DNA of 64,000 nucleotides from Oligoflexia bacterium (lineage in GTDB: Bacteria; Bdellovibrionota; UBA1018; CAIPTA01; JAALKR01): assembly GCA_011087955.1 (NCBI GenBank), contig JAALKR010000001.1, positions 38,449 to 102,448 on the forward strand. The letters are read 5' to 3'. Positions 1-10,769 of the stretch are shown one piece after another. The translations under genes were made by a program, and so were the position numbers. Position 1 is the stretch's first letter, and each line of letters begins with the position of its first letter. Under the pieces are notes generated by a model. The model was not told the origin of the DNA, made no database searches, and worked only from the letters and a program-made list of their open reading frames with translations.

Positions 1-226
1 CAAGCTGCGAAGAGTAAACTATCACTTTAGCTTTCGTCTCTGATGCCCTAACCGCATATTTTTGGGAAGAGACAAAGACAATCTCATTCGGCTCTGCTTC
101 TTCTAAATTAGCGTAACCACGAATAGCTAAGGTCGAATGTTTGTCAACCTTGGCTAACCCTTCATCTGAGAGATTGATGTAACTGGCAATTTCACCCAGC
201 GCAACATCACTTTGAACGACTGTCAT
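1..226 (-). CDS. lpxD: UDP-3-O-acylglucosamine N-acyltransferase LpxD, N-terminal fragment (gene runs off window start)
   Basis: minus-strand ATG at 224-226; my translation MTVVQSDVALGEIASYINLSDEGLAKVDKHSTLAIRGYANLEEAEPNEIVFVSSQKYAV resembles LpxD N-terminus; canonical bamA-skp-lpxD order. Confidence 0.7.
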   Translation of the reverse strand, partial: MTVVQSDVALGEIASYINLSDEGLAKVDKHSTLAIRGYANLEEAEPNEIVFVSSQKYAVRASETKAKVIVYSSQL

Positions 227-737
227 AAGCCTTGATTACTTCTTTTGTAATTTCATTTGCTTTCTTGAAATACAGGACAGAATTCTCATTCGAATCCAAC
301 ACCATTGCGTAACCGCGCTTTTCAGAAACTGTTGCAACAATCTTTCGTAGGCGGTCTAGAATTGGTCGTGATAAATTTTGATCCTGCTTCTGGAACTCGC
401 GTTGTGCCTTCATTCCTTCTTGCTGAAGTTGTGCCATTTGTGTACGAATGTCCATTTCTTTCTTATGGCGAGCCTTCTCATCCATCACTAACGATTGCTT
501 TTTGAACTCTTCCATGGCTTTTTGAATTTTGGCTTCCTTCGCCTTCAAGCTCTTTTGCGTCTTTTCCCACTTCTTTTTCAATGTATCACGGGCGCGCTTT
601 CCTTCCTTAACCGTTTGAATCGCTTCTTGCATGTTGAAAACGGCGACCTTGAAGTTCGCTCGAGCATAGCTGTCCACACTAAGGACAGACAGAAAAACTA
701 CTAATAAATAAATCGAAATTAAGGCCAAATGCTTCAA
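207..737 (-). CDS. skp: periplasmic chaperone Skp/OmpH
   Basis: 176 aa, signal peptide then lysine/glutamate-rich coiled-coil typical of OmpH; directly downstream of bamA cluster. Confidence 0.85.
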   Translation of the reverse strand: MKHLALISIYLLVVFLSVLSVDSYARANFKVAVFNMQEAIQTVKEGKRARDTLKKKWEKTQKSLKAKEAKIQKAMEEFKKQSLVMDEKARHKKEMDIRTQMAQLQQEGMKAQREFQKQDQNLSRPILDRLRKIVATVSEKRGYAMVLDSNENSVLYFKKANEITKEVIKAYDSRSK

Positions 738-814
738 AATTTAAATCCTTTCCCTTGGTAAATAATCCTCTTCGCATTACAATACGCCGACTCACTATAG
801 TCTATGGAGGAAAA

Positions 815-1738
815 ATGAGCAAATTGCATGCTGTGTTGCTCGTAACTACTTTCACGCTATATTGCTGGACTATCCCGGTCGTTGCAAAGGAAGGCGGATC
901 GCAGTCACTGAGCAACTCTATCGACGAGGCCAATAGTCTACTGACTGGTGCAGGTTTCTTCTCCCCATACCCCAAAGGATTTCCTGCTGACCCAGATCAA
1001 CCGCTGGGCTCTAGATGGTTGCCCCCTGGGCGCCCGTTTCCCTCAATCCCTGTCGATATGCGGGACTTAAAAATTAGCCTCCGAAAGACAAATCGCTCCG
1101 AAATTGAAGCCGATGTCGGTGGCCATCGTTCTGTCTATGGTTGGAAAGGAAACCTATTGGGACACGATATAATTTTGCATGTCGGCCTCGAGGGCAACGC
1201 CTATTTTACAATGCGTAAAGAAGGCTTGCGTTTTCCCCTACAATCGAGCGACGGGCTCTTCGGGGCTTATATTGAGGCTGCACGAAATAGCTGGTTCTTT
1301 CAATTACGTTACACGCATATCTCAGCCCACTTAAGCGACGGCGCTCCCGACATCCCAACAGCTATCCGTTATAGCCGCGAATATATTTTGCTTCGTGTAG
1401 CCAAACAATGGGGCTGGGCTCGACCTTATCTTGCTTTGCGCTATCTCACGAATACGACTCCCGATGATTTAAACGATTTTGGTATGCAAGTTGGGTTCTA
1501 TGCAATTACGCCAATTCAGTTTGGACTCTTTCGCCCATATTTTGGTGTGGACTTTCGCCATTCCGGAGGACAGGAAGGGACAACAACAAACTATGGAACA
1601 GGCCTTGCGCTCACTTCAGAAATGGAGGCACCATTAATTCGATTCTCGATTAACTATATGACTGGAAATGATTTACGCGGGCAGTTCTTCAACACTAAAA
1701 TCAAAAAATGGTATGGCGGGCTTGAATTAGATTTCTAG
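815..1738 (+). CDS. putative outer-membrane beta-barrel protein (hypothetical)
   Basis: internal ATG at 815 preceded by GGAGG; signal peptide MSKLHAVLLVTTFTLYCWTIPVVA; alternating hydrophobic pattern and C-terminal ...GGLELDF ending in Phe, typical of OM barrels. Confidence 0.5.
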   Translation: MSKLHAVLLVTTFTLYCWTIPVVAKEGGSQSLSNSIDEANSLLTGAGFFSPYPKGFPADPDQPLGSRWLPPGRPFPSIPVDMRDLKISLRKTNRSEIEADVGGHRSVYGWKGNLLGHDIILHVGLEGNAYFTMRKEGLRFPLQSSDGLFGAYIEAARNSWFFQLRYTHISAHLSDGAPDIPTAIRYSREYILLRVAKQWGWARPYLALRYLTNTTPDDLNDFGMQVGFYAITPIQFGLFRPYFGVDFRHSGGQEGTTTNYGTGLALTSEMEAPLIRFSINYMTGNDLRGQFFNTKIKKWYGGLELDF

Positions 1739-1760
1739 CCCTTATAGATCAACTAACCCT

Positions 1761-4151
1761 CTAGAACGGAGGACCGATCATGAATTCAAAGTTAGAATCT
1801 CTCACACCACCTGCTGGGCTGATTGGATAGCCCCACTCAAAGCGTAGTGGGCCGAATGGAGAGAACCAGCGCACGCCCAAGCCATAACTTTGGTGTAAAC
1901 GGAAATGATCGACTTTACCGTCGATAAATGCCTCACCTACATCATAGAAGGCCACAAGTTTAAGTCCTACTTCTTTAACAATTGGATACTCGAACTCAAG
2001 AATATAGAGAATTTTATTCAAACCCCCATGCACTTCCGTTACAAGAACATTATCATCTGGGTCTGGCGTCGACCGCTCCGGACCAACGGAGAATGCTCGA
2101 TAGCCTTTCAAAGAGTTTGGACCGCCTAAGAAGAAACGCTCCGCCGACTGCACACCTTCACCATCATAGTCAAAGATATTTCCAGCCTCGACTTTAGTTC
2201 GCAGGACAAGGTCACCAATCAGGCTATAGTAATAACGGAAATCCACAATCGCGCGCAAAAACCTACGGTTGCCACCAAGGCCTGCGAATTCCAGCTTACG
2301 GGAGAAATACCAACCTGCACTTGGCTCCATGCGGTTATTTCGACGATCAGTCAGAAGCGTTGACGTGACTGAAGAAGAAACACCGTTCTCATGATTTACC
2401 ACAGAGTCTTTTTTAAAGAATAGGTCTCTAATTTCCTCGTGGTGAAATTCTTGTAACTTGTACGCGAAGAATAGCCGCGTATAATCCCAGATCGGATAGC
2501 CCACACGCAACTCAAAGCCTTTTCTGTATTGCTGGAATCGTCCTGGATATGGCGTCGACGTCCAGAAGATGTCCCCACCGGCAGACCATCTCGTATCAAA
2601 AGCATACGGATCGGTGAAGCCTAACGTAAAGGAGCGCGTGCGTTTATCGGCAGAAAACTGACCCGTGAGACGCAAATCCTGGCCCATGCCTCGGAAGTTA
2701 GTTTCTGCTACTTGCGTAGTGAAAAAGAACTTAGACGCCGTACCATAACCAGCACCAAGCTGGAACTGACCAGTCGGACGTTCCTTCAAACTGATTTCCA
2801 CATCCATTAAGTCCGGACGGCCCGCTACTGCATTTGTCACAAACTCTACTGAGCTTGGCTCAAAGAAACCGAGGCGCTCTACGTTCTCTTTTGAGATCCG
2901 CATGCCTATACCGCTATAGAGCTCGCCTTCCTTAATACGTAATTCACGACGAATAACTTTATCCCGTGTCTTAGTATTACCCTTAACCGTAATGCGATTG
3001 TAATGAACAAGGGAACCCTTCTGAAATTCATAGGTTGTATCTACAATTTTTTGCTCGTCATCAATTTCCATTTGTGGAATGACGTTGACGTTAGCATAGC
3101 CTAGATCTTGATATTTTTCCGTCAGAGCAATGACGTCTTGATTCCGTTTAAGGATTACAAAGGAATCGCCGACCTTCAACTGTAACATCGAACTCAACTC
3201 TTCTTTTGGAAAGAGTAAGTCGCCACCGAAATCGATGTCACCCATGAAGTACTTATCACCTTCATAGACACGAATCGTAATATAAACCCAACGTTTGTCT
3301 TCGGAGACCGTTACGATTGGTGGATCATGGCGAAATCGAACATAACCTTCATTCAAATACCAATATTGCAGAAGCTGCATATCGGTCTTGAAATCAAGCT
3401 CTTTGAAATTACCGCCGTTAGAAAGCCAAGAAAAGAAGCTATACTCAGATGTCCCGCGTAGGAGGCGTTTTAATTGCGAATCCGAGAAAACTGAATTACC
3501 CAAAAAAGTAATTCGTTTTACGCGAACCTTATCAAATTCTTTAATCTTAAATGATAGATCAACAGAGTCTTTTGCCTTTGGGTCTTTACGTACTTCATGC
3601 GTCACCTTAGCGAGGTAATAACCCTTATCCTCATAAAATTTTGTTAGCTTTCGAACAGACTCACGAACCAGATTCTCGTCATACAAACTATACGCTTTAA
3701 TCGAGAGAACGTCTTTCAAATCTTCTGTATCAATTTCGTCGTTTCCTGTGAAAAGAATGCGTGCGATCAATGGACGCTCTTTGACCGTATAACGCAGAGT
3801 GCTTTTCGTGAAATCTACAGAGATAGAATCAAAATATCCCAAACTATGCAGGTCTTTAATGTCTTGCTTAACTGCTTTTTTAGAGAGCGGCTGACCAGTT
3901 TTTGAAGAAATTTTCTCTAGGATCGCTTGGTTTTCAATTTTACGGTTGCCTTCAACTCGAATACGTTCGATCACCGCCGCAAAGGCTTCCGGCCCAAAAC
4001 TCACTAAACTAAAAAGAAAAACCAAAAAAATGGCGAAGACGGCTAAGAGTTTTGACGCAAATGCAGAATTAATAAATGCATGCCCGACAGATGCACGCCT
4101 AACATGCACGTCTAGCTGTTCTTGAACTCTTCTGGTGCTTGCATTCCGCAA
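1761..4151 (-). CDS. bamA: outer membrane protein assembly factor BamA
   Basis: 796 aa, N-terminal TM/signal, POTRA-like repeats, C-terminal barrel; start codon may be downstream of 4151. Confidence 0.9.
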   Translation of the reverse strand: MRNASTRRVQEQLDVHVRRASVGHAFINSAFASKLLAVFAIFLVFLFSLVSFGPEAFAAVIERIRVEGNRKIENQAILEKISSKTGQPLSKKAVKQDIKDLHSLGYFDSISVDFTKSTLRYTVKERPLIARILFTGNDEIDTEDLKDVLSIKAYSLYDENLVRESVRKLTKFYEDKGYYLAKVTHEVRKDPKAKDSVDLSFKIKEFDKVRVKRITFLGNSVFSDSQLKRLLRGTSEYSFFSWLSNGGNFKELDFKTDMQLLQYWYLNEGYVRFRHDPPIVTVSEDKRWVYITIRVYEGDKYFMGDIDFGGDLLFPKEELSSMLQLKVGDSFVILKRNQDVIALTEKYQDLGYANVNVIPQMEIDDEQKIVDTTYEFQKGSLVHYNRITVKGNTKTRDKVIRRELRIKEGELYSGIGMRISKENVERLGFFEPSSVEFVTNAVAGRPDLMDVEISLKERPTGQFQLGAGYGTASKFFFTTQVAETNFRGMGQDLRLTGQFSADKRTRSFTLGFTDPYAFDTRWSAGGDIFWTSTPYPGRFQQYRKGFELRVGYPIWDYTRLFFAYKLQEFHHEEIRDLFFKKDSVVNHENGVSSSVTSTLLTDRRNNRMEPSAGWYFSRKLEFAGLGGNRRFLRAIVDFRYYYSLIGDLVLRTKVEAGNIFDYDGEGVQSAERFFLGGPNSLKGYRAFSVGPERSTPDPDDNVLVTEVHGGLNKILYILEFEYPIVKEVGLKLVAFYDVGEAFIDGKVDHFRLHQSYGLGVRWFSPFGPLRFEWGYPISPAGGVRDSNFEFMIGPPF

Positions 4152-4267
4152 ATTTCTGCTCTGCTCTCCCTCCGACCCTATCCGCCGGCAAACCTAGAAA
4201 AAAGGCCGTATTTTCGTACCCATGCAGGAAGGAGAAGTCAATTCAAAAGGGAGATTAATGCGTCGAG

Positions 4268-4966
4268 TTATTTCGAAACAATCCGGCCGTCCCGCATTAC
4301 AATTTTACGAGGGAAGTCATCGGCGACTTCATGATCATGTGTAACAAGCGCTAATGTAACACCACGCGACTCGTTAAGATCTATGAGGATTTTTTTCACG
4401 CGACTAGCGTTTTCCGAGTCTAAATTTCCCATCGGCTCGTCGGCCAAAACAAGCTTGGGATTCATGATTAATGCTCGAGCCACAGCCACGCGCTGCTGTT
4501 CGCCTCCAGAGAGCTCCCCGGGGCGGTGATCCATTCGATGAGCAAGATCAACCTCATCAAGTAAGTCCTTAGCCATCGTCTCATAACGCTCCTTCGGTTC
4601 GCCTGAAACTAGGGCCGGCATTAAAACGTTTTCCAATGCAGTAAACTCTTGAAGTAAATAATGAAATTGAAAAATAAAACCTAATGATTCATTGCGAAAT
4701 CTTGCCAACCGGGCTGCTGAATAGCTGCGTACGTCTTCACCGTTATAAATTAATTTACCACCTGTAGCAGGCTCCAGTGTGCCTAACACATGGAGCAAAG
4801 TTGACTTCCCCACGCCCGACTGGCCGAGGATTGCGCACATTTCGCCCTGCTTCAGCTCCATATTAATGCCACGTAAGACTTCCGTCTTACGACCATTTTT
4901 AACGAATGTTTTTTCCACGCCTTTGCAGCTTAAAAACACGTCATTCATAACGAGTCCTTCACTCAT
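4268..4966 (-). CDS. lolD: lipoprotein-releasing ABC transporter ATP-binding protein LolD
   Basis: Walker A GQSGVGKST, signature LSGGEQQRVAVARAL; adjacent to FtsX-family permease. Confidence 0.85.
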   Translation of the reverse strand: MSEGLVMNDVFLSCKGVEKTFVKNGRKTEVLRGINMELKQGEMCAILGQSGVGKSTLLHVLGTLEPATGGKLIYNGEDVRSYSAARLARFRNESLGFIFQFHYLLQEFTALENVLMPALVSGEPKERYETMAKDLLDEVDLAHRMDHRPGELSGGEQQRVAVARALIMNPKLVLADEPMGNLDSENASRVKKILIDLNESRGVTLALVTHDHEVADDFPRKIVMRDGRIVSK

Positions 4967-6212
4967 AGCGCAACCCTTCTATCGGCGATTCTACTCGAAC
5001 TCGCCAAGATGGGTAAAGCGTTGCTAGTAAAGAAACCGAAAAGGCGGAAAGCATTACGATTACAAGCGTCGAAAACTGCATGTCAATCGGTAGATACGAA
5101 ATAAAATAAATATCCGCCGGTAACTCAATCAATTTCGTATTAGCGATAACCTGACAGATTGCAATTCCTAGCGCCACGCCAAAGACAGCGCCCGCCCCGC
5201 CTATGAGAGAGCCAATAATGACAAAAACTTTCGCAGAGTCGTTAGGTGCTAGCCCCATTGACTTAAGAATCGACATGTCTTTTTTCTTTTCATCCATCAT
5301 AATTACAAGTGTACTCATGATATTGAAAGCCGCGACAATAATGATAGAAATAAGAACAATAAAAATAACGATTTTTTGTAATTTAATTGCGTAGAGCAGA
5401 TTACGGTTTAACTCCGTCCAGTCGCGCGCCACGTAGGGAAACCCAAAATCTGGGTCCCGGTTTAAGCGACGAACCAATTCGAAGGAGCGTCTGACATCAT
5501 TTGTCTTAATTCGCAAGGCAGAAGCTGACTTCTTCGGCAACCGAAAGAACCTTCGTGCCTCCCCCGCTTCAACCAGTGAATATTTGGAGTCGTATTCATA
5601 CATCCCCGTCGATAAAATACCAGAAACGCGAAAGTGCTGAGACCGCGGCCGCATAGTTCCTTTATCAAAATAGGGTGAGATAACTGAGATAACGGAACCA
5701 ATCCCTGCTGCTAGCTCCTCAGCGACAACAGACCCCAGTACAATAGTAGCCATTTTCTGGTCATCATCACCTTCTTCAAAAATACCCGCTTTAGGTATTT
5801 CACCTTTAGAAATTTGTCTGATGATATCCGTAGTGCGTGCAATTCCTGCGGCCTCAACCCCCTCCAGCACGGATCCAACTACTCTACCCTTGTGTGCAAG
5901 CATTACTTCCGAAAAAACGAATGAGGAGACGGAGTCAACTTGTTCGTCAAACTTTTCCTGAAGCCGCTCCATCATCTGGTGTCGATTGAGAATAATATTC
6001 TTCGTCGAGTAGAGCGTAATATGCGAACGCGTACCCGTAATGAGTGAACGTAATTTTGTCTCAAAACCTTCCATCACGGCCATCACAACAAGCAAAGCCG
6101 CTACACCAACAGCTACACCAAAAAGCGAGATGCTCGAAATAAAGGATAGAAATGAATTATGCTTTCGAGCGGTCAGGAAGCGGCGCGCAAGCACTGAGAC
6201 TACAGGTTTCAT
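4959..6212 (-). CDS. lolC: lipoprotein-releasing system permease LolC/LolE family (FtsX/MacB-type)
   Basis: 417 aa, N-terminal TM, large periplasmic domain, C-terminal 3 TM; overlaps lolD start. Confidence 0.8.
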   Translation of the reverse strand: MKPVVSVLARRFLTARKHNSFLSFISSISLFGVAVGVAALLVVMAVMEGFETKLRSLITGTRSHITLYSTKNIILNRHQMMERLQEKFDEQVDSVSSFVFSEVMLAHKGRVVGSVLEGVEAAGIARTTDIIRQISKGEIPKAGIFEEGDDDQKMATIVLGSVVAEELAAGIGSVISVISPYFDKGTMRPRSQHFRVSGILSTGMYEYDSKYSLVEAGEARRFFRLPKKSASALRIKTNDVRRSFELVRRLNRDPDFGFPYVARDWTELNRNLLYAIKLQKIVIFIVLISIIIVAAFNIMSTLVIMMDEKKKDMSILKSMGLAPNDSAKVFVIIGSLIGGAGAVFGVALGIAICQVIANTKLIELPADIYFISYLPIDMQFSTLVIVMLSAFSVSLLATLYPSWRVRVESPIEGLRYE

Positions 6213-6251
6213 CTAGGACATCATAACAGAGTCGGGTTCAACGACAAGAAA

Positions 6252-7757
6252 CTAAGCCTCCGGGCGCATATGCGGGAATAATATCACGTCACGGATTGAG
6301 CTCTGATTCGTAAGCAACATCACAAGACGATCAATTCCGATTCCCTCACCCGCGGTTGGCGGCATACCGTATTCCAAGGCACGCACATAATCCTCATCCA
6401 CATCGCAAGCCTCTTCATCACCGGCGGCTTTGGCAGCTGCTTGCACTTCGAAGCGCTCTTTCTGATCGATTGGATCATTGAGCTCGGAAAAACCATTAGC
6501 GATTTCGCGTCCATAAACAAAGAGTTCAAAGCGATCCACACGCGACGGATCCTCATCATTGGCACGGGAAAGGAAGGAGATCTCCTTCGGATAATCAATG
6601 ATGAAAGTCGGATCGATTAAAGACTTCTCTGCCTGCTCCTCGAAAAGAAGTTCGAGCATATGTCCACGGGACATTTTCGAGTCTAAACCCTGTACGCCGC
6701 AGGCATATAAAGCTCTGCGCACGCCATCGGCCGTCGATAAAGCTTCTTCCGTGACAAGTGCTTTATCGAGGTTGCCATATTTAGCAATCGCCGCAGCCAT
6801 GGAAATTCGCTCAAACGGCTTTTTAAAATCGATCTCCGCTTCTTCATAGGTGATCTTCGTCAAGCCCACAACTTCTTTGGCAACCCCACGGAACAATTCC
6901 TCCGTCAGATCCATGAGCTCTTCATAGGTTGCATAGGCCTCATAAAATTCAAGCATAGTAAATTCTGGATTATGGCGAATCGAGATACCTTCATTACGAA
7001 AATTTCGATTAATTTCAAAAACGCGCTCAATGCCACCAACAACTAAACGCTTGAGGTAAAGTTCTGGCGCAACTCTTAGAAACAACTCCATATCAAGCGT
7101 ATTATGATGGGTTTTAAACGGCCGAGCCGCAGCACCCCCAGCAATTGGATGCATCATCGGCGTTTCAACTTCGAGATAATCGCGTTTATAAAAGAAATTA
7201 CGAATATATTGCGTCACCTTCGAACGGGTTTCGAAAACCTTGCGGGAGTCCTCATTCATAATGAGGTCCACATAGCGCATGCGGTACTTTTGTTCCACAT
7301 CCGTTAGACCATGAAATTTTTCTGGTAGTGGGCGCAAACTCTTAGTGAGCAGCTCTACCTTTTCCGCACTAACCGTCAGCTCATCCGTCTTCGTGCGAAA
7401 GAGGCCGCCCTCCATATAGAGTATATCGCCCACATCAAAAGTTTTAAATACCTTGAACACGTCCTGTCCAACTTTATCTCGTGCCACATAGGCTTGTATG
7501 CTGCCAGTGCGATCTTTCAACGTAACAAACGTAGCTTTGCCAAAATGACGAAATGCCATGACGCGGCCACCGATCGACACTTTATCATCGATTTTTTCCA
7601 ACTCTTCCCGCGACTTATCATTCCACTCATCACGGATTACCTGTGCCGTATGCGACGGTTTAAGGCCATTCCGATAGGGATTGATGCCCTTCTCTCGAAG
7701 CTGCATCAACTTCTCTCTGCGTGTCTTTTCTTCATCTGATAACTGAGAGTTCATCAT
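6252..7757 (-). CDS. lysS: lysine--tRNA ligase (class II)
   Basis: OB-fold anticodon domain plus class II core ([20 protein letters not shown]); ORF extends to 7805 but internal ATGs at 7757/7754 fit better. Confidence 0.9.
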   Translation of the reverse strand: MMNSQLSDEEKTRREKLMQLREKGINPYRNGLKPSHTAQVIRDEWNDKSREELEKIDDKVSIGGRVMAFRHFGKATFVTLKDRTGSIQAYVARDKVGQDVFKVFKTFDVGDILYMEGGLFRTKTDELTVSAEKVELLTKSLRPLPEKFHGLTDVEQKYRMRYVDLIMNEDSRKVFETRSKVTQYIRNFFYKRDYLEVETPMMHPIAGGAAARPFKTHHNTLDMELFLRVAPELYLKRLVVGGIERVFEINRNFRNEGISIRHNPEFTMLEFYEAYATYEELMDLTEELFRGVAKEVVGLTKITYEEAEIDFKKPFERISMAAAIAKYGNLDKALVTEEALSTADGVRRALYACGVQGLDSKMSRGHMLELLFEEQAEKSLIDPTFIIDYPKEISFLSRANDEDPSRVDRFELFVYGREIANGFSELNDPIDQKERFEVQAAAKAAGDEEACDVDEDYVRALEYGMPPTAGEGIGIDRLVMLLTNQSSIRDVILFPHMRPEA

Positions 7758-9225
7758 TATCCCTATTAGGTTTTTGCGGCGGCGGCATCTGATCGGCCGA
7801 AACATCCGGGCGCTCTTCAGTGATGCGTGCTTCTTGGGTGCGTAAATATTCGTATGTATAGATGCCTGTTGAATGGTTATCGGACCAAACTAGATTCACA
7901 CCGTAGCGTCCGACTGGAAGCGCTTTATCGATATACACATCTTCCACAACATCTTCCCATTTCAGGGTGCGCTTGCCGGTAAACTCATCCACACAAGAGG
8001 CGCATGGACATGCGAAACGAAGCTCACGACAGCCGTAAACATACTTCTTACCGTCGGACCAATAGATCGCTAGCGAATGTTTGCCCCCATTCTGGGGGTC
8101 ATGTGGAATACCTTCCACCGCAATCGGCGCAATCTCGGAATCCATGCCACCTTGTACTTCTAACACGTCTTCCAGCACATCGGCGGCAGCAAAATATGCT
8201 TTTGCCGAAGCAGACTCCGGTGCGGCAGAAACAATTGGATCTCCATCATCACCAGCTCGAACTAGGGCCACATCTAGTGGCACTTGCGCAAGCAGCTTCG
8301 TGCCTGATTTCTCCGATAGCCCTTTCGCGCCACCCTCACCAAAAATATTTGTCGTCGCACCACAGGCATCACAACCAAATCCAGACATAGTTTCAATAAT
8401 GCCAAGCACAGGCACACCCACATGTTGGAACATTAGCAGCCCTTTTTCAGCAATATTAAGCGCCACCTTTTGTGGAGTCGTTACGATTATAGCGCCTGCA
8501 ATACTCGTCTGCTGGGAAATGGTTAACTGGATATCACCCGTACCCGGTGGCAAGTCGACGATCAAATAATCGAGCGTGCCCCAATCGACACCAGATAGGA
8601 ATTGATTAATCATTTTCGTAGCGATCGGTGCACGCCAAACTGTTGGCTGATTTTTTTCAATTAACATTGCGACTGACATAACTTTCATGCCAAACATTTC
8701 AAACGGCATAAGTAAGTTTCCCTCGCGCATACGCACAGAGTCTGGGGCGCCAATTTCTCCGTTATGACCGGCGGCCAACATAGTAGGCACAGACGGACCA
8801 TAGATATCAGCATCGAGTAGCCCGACACGCTTACCCTTCTTTGCCAGCGCCAGCGCCAAATTCACTGAAGAGGTCGACTTACCGACACCGCCCTTACCCG
8901 AGCCCACGACAACAATATGTCGAATCTGCGAGGGGTTCACCTGCGCTTTATTTGTCTGTGGCTTTTCCTTGCGTGTGATATTTGGCATTACAGCCTTTAC
9001 ACCAGGTAATGATTTAACCGCACCAATGATCGCAGAGCGATATTCCTCCTCCGGCACATTTCTATCTTCCGGCAGGTATGCGGTAAACGTGATGTTCCCG
9101 AAACGCGACTGAATCTCACCAACCCAACCGAGTGAGACAATATCTTGCTTTGTTTGCGGGTCTTGAATGCGTTGAAGGGCTCCCAGAATATGGTCCACCG
9201 GGATTAGGTCTTGTTGTTGCGCCAT
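7732..9225 (-). CDS. mrp: Mrp/ApbC/NBP35-type Fe-S cluster carrier ATPase with N-terminal DUF59 and C-terminal DUF971 domains
   Basis: P-loop [18 protein letters not shown] motif, N-terminal MIP18/DUF59-like, C-terminal ACPCASC...[21 protein letters not shown]971-like. Confidence 0.8.
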   Translation of the reverse strand: MAQQQDLIPVDHILGALQRIQDPQTKQDIVSLGWVGEIQSRFGNITFTAYLPEDRNVPEEEYRSAIIGAVKSLPGVKAVMPNITRKEKPQTNKAQVNPSQIRHIVVVGSGKGGVGKSTSSVNLALALAKKGKRVGLLDADIYGPSVPTMLAAGHNGEIGAPDSVRMREGNLLMPFEMFGMKVMSVAMLIEKNQPTVWRAPIATKMINQFLSGVDWGTLDYLIVDLPPGTGDIQLTISQQTSIAGAIIVTTPQKVALNIAEKGLLMFQHVGVPVLGIIETMSGFGCDACGATTNIFGEGGAKGLSEKSGTKLLAQVPLDVALVRAGDDGDPIVSAAPESASAKAYFAAADVLEDVLEVQGGMDSEIAPIAVEGIPHDPQNGGKHSLAIYWSDGKKYVYGCRELRFACPCASCVDEFTGKRTLKWEDVVEDVYIDKALPVGRYGVNLVWSDNHSTGIYTYEYLRTQEARITEERPDVSADQMPPPQKPNRDNDELSVIR

Positions 9226-9400
9226 GGGCTATGCTCCGTCGTGAATTTACTACTGAATTTATGAATTTACTACCGAACCTATCTAGGCCGGTCTTACCAA
9301 AAATCTGGGCCTCCGGCTATGCGAACCGCGGTTGATTTGCCGCAAAGGCTAGAAAAAGTGTCATTTTTTAGGGATACTTAGGTGAGAAAGTGAGTAGCGG

Positions 9401-10597
9401 ATGCCGAAAAGGCGATGTGCCATTGGCCTAATGAGTGGGACGAGCATGGACGGGGTCGACGCTGTTTTGGCGTCTTTCACGGCAAGACGAGATAAAACGC
9501 TTGTACATGTGCATAGACCCTACCCAAAAAAACTGAAGGAAAGACTATTGCGTCTCGTGGAGGTGCCACGGGTTGAACTAACGGAGCTTGGGGAGCTGAA
9601 TCTTGCCGTTGGGGAGTTCTTCGCCAAAGTGGCGAAGCTCTGCATGACTGAAGCCCTCCGTAAACGCAAATGTACCTCAAAAGAAATCATTGCGATTGGT
9701 TCCCACGGACAGACGGTCTGGCATGCGCCAGAGAAGGGTGTTACATGGCAACTTGGTAATCCGAATGTAATTGCCGCTCGCACGGGCCGCACCGTTGTTG
9801 CCAATTTCCGCACAGCAGATATGGTCCATGGTGGAGAGGGTGCGCCCTTTTTGCCTCTATACCATCATCGAATCCTCGGCAAAGATCCGAAAGGCAAAGC
9901 AATTCACAATCTCGGAGGTATTTCGAATTTTACTTATTTTGGTTCAAAAAATTTCTCCTTTGCCCTGGACACGGGGCCAGCGAGCTGTCTTTTGGATGTG
10001 GTGGTCGAAGACTTGACGAGAGGTAAGCAAAAATTTGATCGTAATGGCGCGATTGCGAAAAAAGGGACGGTGCAGGAGACGCTACTCAAGGAATGGATGA
10101 GTTATACACCGGTGCGTAGCTACTTGAGGCGAGGCATCCCGAAAAGCACGGGGCGTGAGCTCTTTAGTCCAGCACTTGCGCGGCATTTCTGGTCTCGTGG
10201 TAGGCGCGGTCGTTATTCGGCAAATGATATTGTAGCAACGATGACAGCACTTACGGTGCGCACCTCGGTAGATGCCTACAAACGTTTTGTCTTGAAGAAA
10301 AAAGCCCCGCTTAAAGAAATTTTATTTGCAGGAGGGGGTGCAAATAACCCTGTAATATTAGAGTCTTTTAGAGCAGCTTTACCAAAGACCAAAATACGAT
10401 CGGTAGAAGAGCTAGGGATTGGTCCGCAATGCCTGGAGGCGCAAGCATTTGCCTTCTACGCCCTTCGCACACTTCAGGGTGATCCATCGAACCTCCGTTC
10501 GGCCACAGGCGCAAAGCAGGAGGTGCCTTGCGGTGCTATCTACCCAGGAACAAACTATAAGGAGATACTCCACCAAGTGAAACGCTTAACCAAATAG
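9401..10597 (+). CDS. anmK: anhydro-N-acetylmuramic acid kinase
   Basis: N-terminal IGLMSGTSMDGVDAVLA signature of AnmK. Confidence 0.85.
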   Translation: MPKRRCAIGLMSGTSMDGVDAVLASFTARRDKTLVHVHRPYPKKLKERLLRLVEVPRVELTELGELNLAVGEFFAKVAKLCMTEALRKRKCTSKEIIAIGSHGQTVWHAPEKGVTWQLGNPNVIAARTGRTVVANFRTADMVHGGEGAPFLPLYHHRILGKDPKGKAIHNLGGISNFTYFGSKNFSFALDTGPASCLLDVVVEDLTRGKQKFDRNGAIAKKGTVQETLLKEWMSYTPVRSYLRRGIPKSTGRELFSPALARHFWSRGRRGRYSANDIVATMTALTVRTSVDAYKRFVLKKKAPLKEILFAGGGANNPVILESFRAALPKTKIRSVEELGIGPQCLEAQAFAFYALRTLQGDPSNLRSATGAKQEVPCGAIYPGTNYKEILHQVKRLTK

Positions 10598-10769
10598 CTG
10601 TATCAAAAAGTGTACAGTACAGCGGGTGAACGTTTCACATTTGCCATATTGCACGTTCGGAAAATTTCCCTTATCACTAGAGGTAGAGTCTATCTAATTG
10701 AAATCTAACTCGAATAAATTTTTGGGCTAGATACACATTGCTGTTTTTTGCTGGCATGGGTTTTGCGAA

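Noticed and set aside
8004-8569. Antisense ORFs (128 and 162 aa) inside mrp
   Set aside because: Low-complexity Ser/Pro/His-rich translations typical of antisense frames of a GC-richer gene. The strong Mrp homology on the other strand explains the region.
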